Shown here piece by piece: positions 18,466-26,304 of a stretch of 64,000 bases of DNA. Under the pieces are notes generated by a model, which saw only the letters and a list, made by a program, of their open reading frames with translations, did no database searches and was not told the origin of the DNA. Both the position numbers and the translations under genes were made by a program. Source of the DNA: a virus; the IMG/VR virus record IMGVR_UViG_3300028800_000002, positions 64,001 to 128,000 of that record. The stretch is one strand, 5' to 3'. Position 1 is the stretch's first letter. Each line of letters opens with the position of its first letter.

Positions 18466-19498
18466 GACCACGTTGACTCCTTTTGTGATGCGAGCCTTCG
18501 TTGACCAGCTCAGCAAAGAAGCTTTGGCTGGTAGTGCAATTCAGGCTGGTTTAGGCAGCGGGATGGGCCTTGGATTAGGCGCTGGACTTGCCGTTGGAGG
18601 CGCTCATGGCGCGATCAAAGGTTACCGGGACGCGCGGGCGCAGGGCGCGGGAGTGTTAGGTTCTGCCGGTGCCGCTTTGCAGCATGGTCTTGGCGGTGCT
18701 GTTAGGGGAGGTGCCATTGGTTCATTAGCCGGGGCCGGATTGGGCGCGGTTGCCGGCGGGGTACTCCCTGGCCAGGTCACTTCAGCCACGAAGAGCCTAG
18801 CTACTGCGGGTAATAAGGCTGGGGCTTTCTCTCGTTTTGGTCAAAGGCAAGTGCACAGTCTTACCGGCTGGACCCCAGGAGGAACCACTAAGTCCATCGA
18901 AAGCATTGGTGCAGGGGCTGCAGGTCCGAGAAAAGCCTTGGCGGATGCAAAGCTCAAGGGCGATCCTAAGACCATAGGGCGCGCGCGCTCGGCACTTGCT
19001 GCCACGGAAAAAGCTCAGAATATGGGGCTAACTAGTCTTCCTGGCATTGTGAAATCCGTGGGAGCCAATGGGTTGTTGCCGACGGCTAAGGCAGGAATGC
19101 ATGCTGGGTGGGCCGGCAGCACTCCCAAGATGAAAGCCCTCATGGTGGGGTTGCCAGCGGCGCAAGCCGCGCAGACGCTTCGATCACAAGGAGACCCTAA
19201 TCATCCAGAGAAGGGTAAGGGTGAGCGAGTGGGTCGACTGCTTGGCGGTGCCGTAGGTACGATGGCAGCTCCCATTTCGTTAGCAGGTGGTTTGGCTTTG
19301 AGTACCGCGATGGAGCGCGCCGGAGGAGCTGCTGGGCGCGGAGTAGACAAACTCACCCGAGGCAAGAAAGTCGTTCCTCCACAAGTTCAGCATGAGCCGT
19401 CGAGGCCACCAGCGAGTGAGCCAGGGGACACGGGTCAAGTAGCCACCGAGCGGGTGTTCGGGACAGGTTATAGTGGTGGTTCCGGAGGTATGGAGTAA
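18458..19498 (+). CDS. Gly/Ala-rich glycine-zipper protein, possibly virion/ejected
   Basis: Start taken as ATG 18458 (MFETTLTPFVMRAFVDQLSKEALAG); several GxxxG hydrophobic stretches separated by basic linkers. Confidence 0.65.
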   Translation: MFETTLTPFVMRAFVDQLSKEALAGSAIQAGLGSGMGLGLGAGLAVGGAHGAIKGYRDARAQGAGVLGSAGAALQHGLGGAVRGGAIGSLAGAGLGAVAGGVLPGQVTSATKSLATAGNKAGAFSRFGQRQVHSLTGWTPGGTTKSIESIGAGAAGPRKALADAKLKGDPKTIGRARSALAATEKAQNMGLTSLPGIVKSVGANGLLPTAKAGMHAGWAGSTPKMKALMVGLPAAQAAQTLRSQGDPNHPEKGKGERVGRLLGGAVGTMAAPISLAGGLALSTAMERAGGAAGRGVDKLTRGKKVVPPQVQHEPSRPPASEPGDTGQVATERVFGTGYSGGSGGME

Positions 19499-19501
19499 CC
19501 C

Positions 19502-21577
19502 ATGAGCATTCCTGGCGCGATGAGTATGGGCGGCGTTGGCGCCGGAGGCGGGGGTCGTTTCAATGCAACGCGGGGTCGCATCAACAATGGGTTTAGTCAG
19601 GGTGTCAACTACCCAAGCCCATTCTTTGATATCGCTCACACTTACTTGCCGGTCACGGTCAAGGGCATGTTCCGTTGGTGCAGGTATTACTTCCTCACCA
19701 ATCCCATCATCAATGCCGCGGTTTTCAAACTTTCGGAATACCCCATCACTGAGCTGCTTATCGACCATGAGGACAGCAAGGTTGCCAAGAAGTGGAAGGA
19801 ATACTTCGAAGACCACTTGAACTATCGAGCGTATCAGATTGAGTGCGGCCTCGATTACCACACGTATGGCAATTGCCTTTCAAGCTTGAGTTTCCCCTTC
19901 AAGAAGTACCTGACGTGCCCTCAATGTAAGTTCCAGGCGGAAGCCAAGCGGATACGTCCCCATTGGGTGTTCACCAATTTTGAATTCAGGTTGAGTTGCC
20001 CCAAGTGCGGTTACCTGGGTACCGCGAAGTCGAAGGACATCTACTTCAAGAACGAGGCCGGGGTTCGCGTGATGCGATGGAACCCTGAGGATGTTGAGGT
20101 AACCCACTCAGATTTGACTGGTGAGTACACGTACTTTTACAACATCCCGCCAACGATCCGCAACGACGTCATTATCGGCAAGAAGGATGCTGTCGAGAAG
20201 GTGCCTGAGGTGTTCATCCAGGCATTGAGGCAGCAGAAGGGGATTGTATTCAACCAGGATACGTTCTTCCATCTACGGCGCCCCACGCTGGCAGATCAGG
20301 ATCGTGGTTGGGGCCTGCCACTGTTGCTGCCCTGTTTGAAGGACACGTTTTACCTGCAGCTGATGAAGAAGGCACAGGAGTCCATTCTGCTCGAGCACAT
20401 TCTTCCGCTGCGTATCCTGTTTCCGCAGGCGGGTTCTGGGACTTCTGATCCTTACACAAGCATCAATCTTGTCGACTGGCGGGATCACGTAGCTACGGAA
20501 ATTGCCCGTTGGCGCATGGATCCCAATTACATCCCCATCCTGCCGTTGCCCATTGGTAACCAGACTATTGGTGGAGACGGTCGGGCACTTCTTCTCGTGC
20601 AAGAGATGCAAGCACTCAGCGAGCAGCTCATCAATGGCATGCAGGTTCCCCTCGAGTTCATCAAGGGTGGTTTGAGTTACGCTGGCACGAACGTGTCCAT
20701 GCGCATGCTTGAGAACCAGTTTATCGTGTACCTGTCGCGGCATGAGAGGATGGCCAACTGGGTGATGCGGCAAGCGGCTGACTACCTCGATTGGCCGATG
20801 GCGCATATTCGATTCAAGCCGTTCAAGATGGCTGACGACATTCAGCGCAAGGCCTTCTTGTTCCAACTCAATCAAGCGAACAAGATCAGTGACACCACAC
20901 TGTTGGCGGATTCCGACTTGAGCCAGGAGGATGAGGACAACATCATGGAGCGCGAGACTGCCGCGCGCATGAAAGCGACAGAGAAGCAGCAAATGGCCAT
21001 GGCGCAGCTTCAAGGTAAGCAGCAGTCCATCATGATGAAGATGCAAGCCAAGGCTCAGCAAGAAGCCCAGCAAGCTGCTATGGCTCCGAACGCCCCTGGA
21101 GAACCAGGTGGGCCAGAGGCGAATACTGGAGCACCCGGAGGTCAGGGCGGAGTCCCCGCATTGCCATCGGCATCCCCGGATGGTGCCTCACAGGATCCAA
21201 TGCCCGCGGTACAGAGCCCGCTCAGCGCTGGACAGAATATGGGCATGGGTACTAGTGGTCCTGCGGGGCAAGCGATGTTGGGTGGTTCGAGCATCCTGGC
21301 GATGGCACAGACCATCGCGTCCCAATTGTCTCAGCAGGATCCTGCCAGTCAGATGCTTGCGATCAAGCAACTCAAAACACAGTACGGCCCAGAGCTAGCA
21401 GACTTAGTTCTGCAGTACTTGCAGACGATGCCAGGAGCTGCCCCTCAGGGACAACCTGGGCAAGGTGGCCCAGCTGGTATGCAAGCACTGGGGGCTAACG
21501 GTGCAGCTGCGACTCAAGTGGACATGCGGCCACTCCCAGACAAGCTCCCTCCGCGCAGAGCTGCAGCTACGGTTTAG
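19502..21577 (+). CDS. portal protein with zinc-ribbon insertion and Q/G/P-rich tail
   Basis: NPIINAAVFKLSEYP, DYHTYGNC, RWNPEDVEV, FHLRRP...GWGLPLL are portal-like segments; CPQC/CPKC insertion. Confidence 0.75.
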   Translation: MSIPGAMSMGGVGAGGGGRFNATRGRINNGFSQGVNYPSPFFDIAHTYLPVTVKGMFRWCRYYFLTNPIINAAVFKLSEYPITELLIDHEDSKVAKKWKEYFEDHLNYRAYQIECGLDYHTYGNCLSSLSFPFKKYLTCPQCKFQAEAKRIRPHWVFTNFEFRLSCPKCGYLGTAKSKDIYFKNEAGVRVMRWNPEDVEVTHSDLTGEYTYFYNIPPTIRNDVIIGKKDAVEKVPEVFIQALRQQKGIVFNQDTFFHLRRPTLADQDRGWGLPLLLPCLKDTFYLQLMKKAQESILLEHILPLRILFPQAGSGTSDPYTSINLVDWRDHVATEIARWRMDPNYIPILPLPIGNQTIGGDGRALLLVQEMQALSEQLINGMQVPLEFIKGGLSYAGTNVSMRMLENQFIVYLSRHERMANWVMRQAADYLDWPMAHIRFKPFKMADDIQRKAFLFQLNQANKISDTTLLADSDLSQEDEDNIMERETAARMKATEKQQMAMAQLQGKQQSIMMKMQAKAQQEAQQAAMAPNAPGEPGGPEANTGAPGGQGGVPALPSASPDGASQDPMPAVQSPLSAGQNMGMGTSGPAGQAMLGGSSILAMAQTIASQLSQQDPASQMLAIKQLKTQYGPELADLVLQYLQTMPGAAPQGQPGQGGPAGMQALGANGAAATQVDMRPLPDKLPPRRAAATV

Positions 21578-21599
21578 ACTTCTTTACTGTTTGGGTGTA

Positions 21600-21764
21600 A
21601 TGGCAAAGAAGAAAAGAATCGTTGTAGTTACGAGGCTAAATGCAGCTGAGGTGCGGGATTTCAAGAAGGCCAAGAAGTACGTGGTTGCCTATTGTGGCAA
21701 GGTATCTGATGCTGAGGTACTTAGATTTTTGGTTCGGAGTTGGGGTGAGTCGGGGTGGGCTTGA
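21600..21764 (+). CDS. small ribbon-helix-helix-like DNA-binding protein (54 aa)
   Basis: MAKKKRIVVVTRLNAAEVRDFKKAKKYV...SDAEVLRFLVRSW: basic strand followed by two helices. Confidence 0.4.
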   Translation: MAKKKRIVVVTRLNAAEVRDFKKAKKYVVAYCGKVSDAEVLRFLVRSWGESGWA

Positions 21765-21780
21765 CTAACAAGGAGCTACG

Positions 21781-21811
21781 AAAAAACCCCTGCTCGAGCG
21801 TAGGGGTTTTT
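21781..21811. terminator. bidirectional intrinsic terminator
   Basis: AAAAAACCCCT-loop-AGGGGTTTTT at the convergence of the + portal operon and the - MoxR operon. Confidence 0.85.
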
Positions 21812-21822
21812 CCGGTTCTGAC

Positions 21823-21984
21823 TTAGGCCTGCGCAGGATTCTGTGCGAACGCCTGCGGTGCCGGCTGCGGCTGTTGTACTTTTGTTGCGGCCTTGATTCC
21901 GGTGATGCGACCGGCAACGAAGGCAGCAGTAGTAGCAACAACGCCGATGCTTGAATATACAACGATGGTCCAGGTTTTTGACAT
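21823..21984 (-). CDS. small single-pass membrane protein (53 aa, absent from the ORF track)
   Basis: Manual translation MSKTWTIVVYSSIGVVATTAAFVAGRITGIKAATKVQQPQPAPQAFAQNPAQA; stop lies just before the terminator. Confidence 0.5.
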   Translation of the reverse strand: MSKTWTIVVYSSIGVVATTAAFVAGRITGIKAATKVQQPQPAPQAFAQNPAQA

Positions 21985-22055
21985 GTGATTTCGTGTGTAG
22001 CCAATGCGGGCTACTTCTCCTCTACCTTTCTTATACCCGAGTTTTCAGTATATTT

Positions 22056-23492
22056 TCAGGCAACTTCGGATTGGACCAGATCGTCGAGCTCGATGATTTC
22101 TCCCCACTCAGCAGGCTTTGCTTTGTAGGGTGTTGGCACGATGCACCAAATGAACTGCATGTTCTGTGGGGCTACATCAGGCGCCACACCAGCACCGTCT
22201 GTTAGGTACATCGTCATGTGCGGTCTTGGGAAGAACTCTGTGTCGACAAAGTTGATGGCTTGTCGGAAGTCTGTGCCACCTCTTCCCAATATTTCAATAG
22301 AGCGCAGATCCGCTGGAGTCACCAGGATGGGGGTGCGCTTACCATCCGTATCCGCCTCCATGAACCAGGCATGTTGGATTCCTGTCTGCAGCATAACGTC
22401 AGACATGACCTTGAGCGCGTCCGCGATTTGTCCTCTCCCCATCGATCCAGAGCTGTCTACGATGAAGAATAGAACCGGGTCGTAGCCAATGAGTCCCGGT
22501 AAGGTAATCCCCCTCAAGTAGGAGCGCTTCGAGGGGCGCCGCATGCTGTAGTCAAGTCCACCGCTGCGGATGCGCCCAATGGACAGGCGAGCCATGTTGG
22601 CCAGCTTGCTTCTCCATGGGACATCAAATACGGTTTCACTGACTTCCACCAGTTCAGCCCAACTTCCTGGTAAGGTTCCTCGACCTTGCTGGGATTCCAT
22701 GTGCTGCTTGATGGCCCGCGCTGTCTCTCTGGCTACGTTCTTGCAGTTTGCTTCTGACCGGCCTTTTTCTGCGCTCTGCTCCTTCTCCAGCTCCTTGCCG
22801 ATTGGGTTACCTGCTATGCCACCGCAGCATCCGGATAGAATTCTGGGTGAACCTTTTCCTTCAGCCTCACAGTCAGGGCAGTGGCCGCCCTCGCCGTTTT
22901 CTCCTTCCCCGTCACCCTTTCCGTGCTGGCACTTCGCGGGTTTGCTGCTCGATTTGCTCTTGCTTTCATACTGCTCGAGGAGCTTGTAGTACGCATCAGC
23001 CGTCAACCCTTCTGGGAATCCGTACTGTTCTGGCATGAGCGCCCAGTCCGGGAACTCCCACATGGGTTCAGTGACTATGTTCGATCCGTTCGACGACTTC
23101 TGGCCAGTGACACGCACCTGTTTCGTTTGCGCGCGCATTGAGCTGTTGATGAATAGATCCCCAGCGCGGTTGAATCGTTTGGGATCTTCGTAGCCAGATC
23201 CTCGCCGTACGTGAAGGAGTTGGGCATGCATGCACTCATGCATTAGGCCTGTAGCGACTACAATAGCGCTAGATGCTTCTACCCAAGCTGGGTCGTATAC
23301 GAGCACCAAGTTTGCACTTACTCCCATGGGCCCACCTACGAGCTTCATGAGATTTTCTACTGGCGATGGCACCAACGCGTACAAGGTCGAGCACATGTAG
23401 GGAGCGTATTGCTTCACATATGCTCGACCGATGACGAGAGGCGAGGCTTTTGCTCGCGCGTGCCACCCCTTACCTGAGGGGTTGCCTGCCAT
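22056..23492 (-). CDS. VWA-domain protein with N-terminal HExxH metallopeptidase-like domain (DUF2201 type)
   Basis: LMHECMHAQLLH; MIDAS IVDSSGSM, GRGGTDF, YLTDG. Confidence 0.85.
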   Translation of the reverse strand: MAGNPSGKGWHARAKASPLVIGRAYVKQYAPYMCSTLYALVPSPVENLMKLVGGPMGVSANLVLVYDPAWVEASSAIVVATGLMHECMHAQLLHVRRGSGYEDPKRFNRAGDLFINSSMRAQTKQVRVTGQKSSNGSNIVTEPMWEFPDWALMPEQYGFPEGLTADAYYKLLEQYESKSKSSSKPAKCQHGKGDGEGENGEGGHCPDCEAEGKGSPRILSGCCGGIAGNPIGKELEKEQSAEKGRSEANCKNVARETARAIKQHMESQQGRGTLPGSWAELVEVSETVFDVPWRSKLANMARLSIGRIRSGGLDYSMRRPSKRSYLRGITLPGLIGYDPVLFFIVDSSGSMGRGQIADALKVMSDVMLQTGIQHAWFMEADTDGKRTPILVTPADLRSIEILGRGGTDFRQAINFVDTEFFPRPHMTMYLTDGAGVAPDVAPQNMQFIWCIVPTPYKAKPAEWGEIIELDDLVQSEVA

Positions 23493-23495
23493 TAT

Positions 23496-24749
23496 TTAGG
23501 TCCTTTGCTCCAAGTATTTACCGAGGCCGCTGTCTGCCAATGGCACAAGTACCAGATTGGCTGCTGCCTTGATTGCGGATTTCCCGGAAGCGTGCCCTAG
23601 ACGTTCCTTGATGAGTCCTTCCACCGCTGGAATTACAATGTCAGACAGCTCAGCGTCAAGCAGCTTGGCAATTGCTTTCCATGCCAGTGGGGCAAGGTCC
23701 TCTTGTTCTGCTCGAGTGGGGCGCTGTCTGACGTAGGCTACAGCCCCAGTATAGGCCGCAAGTACAACGTCCAGACGATCTTTGTTGATTTTCCATTTGC
23801 CGTTGAGAACGTCGAGGGGCTTGGGAAGGTCCGCCTCATGGAAGTAGCGAATGAGTTCTTCAGCAGCCCCGGATCCTACGCAGGCTTCAATCATGGCATC
23901 TCGGATTCCATCGCTCTTCTCTAGGATTCTTGCGGTGGTCCATGCCCTAGTGGCAAAGTCCCATGTGCGGTGAGAGGGCCATGCCTTGCCACAGTTCGGG
24001 TCACTCATTGGCGGGCGTTTGTGCAGCAGTGATGGATTGCTCTCGATGAAGCCAGCGAACAGGCTTTGTGCTTCAGGGTAGAGGTTTGGCCACTCATCGA
24101 TGACAGCCTTCTCGATGTCGTCCAGCGAACCTTGCAGGCGCACCGCGGAAGATCCCATAAGCCACGTGGTCCATTCGCGCGCATCTGGCCCTGGGTCTGT
24201 GATGTGGATGAATCGATTCGCTAGCGGTGGTGAAAGACGGAAGCCACAGGCTGCAATTTCCTCTGGATTCATGGCTGCAAGGATGCGCACACGGTGGGGA
24301 ATGTCCAAGTCTCCGGTGTGTCGTTCATGGATCAAGCTCATCAGCGCTCCCTGCGTTGCAGGCATAGCGCCGTTGATTTCATCGAAGAACAGAATTCCTA
24401 CCTTCTCTTTGACCATTCTCCGTATCTGAGGAAGAGGGGCGATATGGGTTGCATCACCTTTCCCGTCAGGGATGAGAGCTCCACCGAAGTCTTCTGGAGG
24501 ATGGGGCGCTGCGTAGATTGTGGACAGGTGGGTTTGCAGGGATGCAGCAATTCCCTTGATGCGTGCCGTCTTGGCGATGCCGGAATCCCCTTCAATGAGC
24601 AGTGGTAATCCCCATTTGCAGTCTGGCTTGCCTGGGTAGCCATCCATCGGCGCGGATACGGAGACTTCAATAATCTCATCGACCTCTGAGCTCTTGAGTG
24701 TGGCTCCAGACAATGCGCTTGCGGGTGCGGTAACTTTCTTAGCGGCCAT
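23496..24749 (-). CDS. MoxR-like AAA+ ATPase
   Basis: Walker A GDSGIAKT, Walker B LFFDEIN, AAMNP, LANRF; immediately upstream of the VWA gene. Confidence 0.85.
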   Translation of the reverse strand: MAAKKVTAPASALSGATLKSSEVDEIIEVSVSAPMDGYPGKPDCKWGLPLLIEGDSGIAKTARIKGIAASLQTHLSTIYAAPHPPEDFGGALIPDGKGDATHIAPLPQIRRMVKEKVGILFFDEINGAMPATQGALMSLIHERHTGDLDIPHRVRILAAMNPEEIAACGFRLSPPLANRFIHITDPGPDAREWTTWLMGSSAVRLQGSLDDIEKAVIDEWPNLYPEAQSLFAGFIESNPSLLHKRPPMSDPNCGKAWPSHRTWDFATRAWTTARILEKSDGIRDAMIEACVGSGAAEELIRYFHEADLPKPLDVLNGKWKINKDRLDVVLAAYTGAVAYVRQRPTRAEQEDLAPLAWKAIAKLLDAELSDIVIPAVEGLIKERLGHASGKSAIKAAANLVLVPLADSGLGKYLEQRT

Positions 24750-25355
24750 TCATGATCTCCATTTTCTTTCGAATATATCGTCTACAGTTTGTACGTCGAA
24801 GCCAGCTACGGGTTCAATCCCTTCCGGCCATAGTGGGTTGTCCCTGTTTTCATCGAGATGGTACAAGCACCCAATGCAGATGTGCTTTGGGTCATCGTTG
24901 TCCATGTTGACAAATACTGGGCTGTGCCTGCAGTCTGGGGCTCGTTCCGACCAGTGTATTTCTCCAAAGTGAAGAAGCCCCACTAGCTCATTGGGCAGCA
25001 CATCGCTGCGGCAGATATCGCACAGTATTATGCCGTTTGGATGTTCGAGCGGTGGTAGATCCTCGTGCATTTCAACGAGCTCTTCTTCTGCACTCTCCCA
25101 ACAATCGAAGCAATAGAATGCTGGTTCATACCTGCAGTTACCATCGGAGGCCAATACATCCAGGTGTTGTACTTCTGCACCCACGATCACTGGCCGTACG
25201 ATTCGAAGTAGGAATACTTCTGCAACCATTCCGATTTCTTCGATACACTGAACGCAGAAGCAACCGGTGGGCTCTTCCAGTATTAGCTCTTCGGTGTCTT
25301 CAGAATCGTCCTCCACTTCCTCTTCCTCTATGTGGTCAGCTACAACCTGCTCCAT
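24750..25355 (-). CDS. acidic Cys-rich protein with four CxxC pairs
   Basis: CFCVQC, CFDC, CDIC, CIGC; N-terminal Glu/Asp run. Confidence 0.7.
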   Translation of the reverse strand: MEQVVADHIEEEEVEDDSEDTEELILEEPTGCFCVQCIEEIGMVAEVFLLRIVRPVIVGAEVQHLDVLASDGNCRYEPAFYCFDCWESAEEELVEMHEDLPPLEHPNGIILCDICRSDVLPNELVGLLHFGEIHWSERAPDCRHSPVFVNMDNDDPKHICIGCLYHLDENRDNPLWPEGIEPVAGFDVQTVDDIFERKWRS

Positions 25356-25951
25356 AGGTGCGTCCTTTCTCTTCCGTGCGTTCTTTCAATGCTTCGCCAC
25401 CTTTGCTGCACAGTCTCCAGGCGGGTGTCTGGTCCAAAATTCCCAGCTGTGTCGTAGTCCCAAAGTAACAGCATTGCCTCTATGAAGTCGTTGTATTTTC
25501 CGTCGTGAACGCGCCGCTCGAAGTTTGTTCCTTCTGGCAGGCAGGATCCCTCTGGATATTGCGCGCGAAGGACTAGTTCATGTTCGAACAAATCGTCGAC
25601 CAAGTCCTCAGTATCCACGCAGAGCCCAATCCACCCAGCTTCCCCAGGCTCCAGGTATTCACTACCAAGCCACTTGCACCAGGTACCTGGCTTGGATTCC
25701 TCAACGAGCACCTCTAAGTCTCGTTGGTTGCAGAAGGTTACGAACCCTTTTTGGTCTAGGACCCTAGCTCTAATTCCTCCAACGGCCCTACCGGCAACTG
25801 GTAGGTATAGCCCTTGGATGGTCCATTCACGTTCGGGTATTGTTGGGTCTATGAATGTAACTCCCACCAGACCCATTGTATTTTCTAGTATGTTCGTGCC
25901 GGGCAGTACTGCCAGTTCCCTTTGCTCAACTGCAAACGGGTTTACGAGCAT
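25340..25951 (-). CDS. hypothetical protein (203 aa)
   Basis: GGAGGT SD; overlaps the next gene. Confidence 0.7.
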   Translation of the reverse strand: MLVNPFAVEQRELAVLPGTNILENTMGLVGVTFIDPTIPEREWTIQGLYLPVAGRAVGGIRARVLDQKGFVTFCNQRDLEVLVEESKPGTWCKWLGSEYLEPGEAGWIGLCVDTEDLVDDLFEHELVLRAQYPEGSCLPEGTNFERRVHDGKYNDFIEAMLLLWDYDTAGNFGPDTRLETVQQRWRSIERTHGRERTHLWSRL

Positions 25952-26045
25952 TTGCCACCTCCATCTCGAGCAGGAAATCTTGCATTCTCAGGATGATTCC
26001 ATTCAGTAGGCCAGCGATAAACGCCCAGATCAGGAGAGCCTTCAT
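25926..26045 (-). CDS. possible small hydrophobic peptide (39 aa)
   Basis: MKALLIWAFIAGLLNGIILRMQDFLLEMEVANARKPVCS; preceded by CCGAGATAAGA. Confidence 0.3.
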   Translation of the reverse strand: MKALLIWAFIAGLLNGIILRMQDFLLEMEVANARKPVCS

Positions 26046-26052
26046 GTAATTC

Positions 26053-26217
26053 TTATCTCGGATTGTTCCTGGTGTTTTTTGCTGCCTGTGCCGATTCGTT
26101 TTGGTTGACACCGAACAGACTTGCCACCAAAGTCTCGTAGCGTTGGCCGGTACTTTGTGAAGTAACTTGCTTCTTTTTGCCTCGTTGAGTAGTCTTAGTA
26201 GGCACACGCTTTTCCAT
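26053..26217 (-). CDS. possible small basic protein (54 aa)
   Basis: MEKRVPTKTTQRGKKKQ...; preceded by the same CCGAGATAAGA 11-mer. Confidence 0.3.
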   Translation of the reverse strand: MEKRVPTKTTQRGKKKQVTSQSTGQRYETLVASLFGVNQNESAQAAKNTRNNPR

Positions 26218-26304
26218 CAAAGCTCTTATCTCGGTGTTTCTGCAGTCCTTGCGCATATTCCATGAGCGGTTGCCTGGAGGGTGCGGTTATACTCTGGAGA
26301 ACGC

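Noticed and set aside
21985-22020. SD-hairpin-ATG arrangement before the 53-aa membrane gene, like that of polA
   Set aside because: Stem is only 6 bp and the looped-out spacing would still be 14 nt
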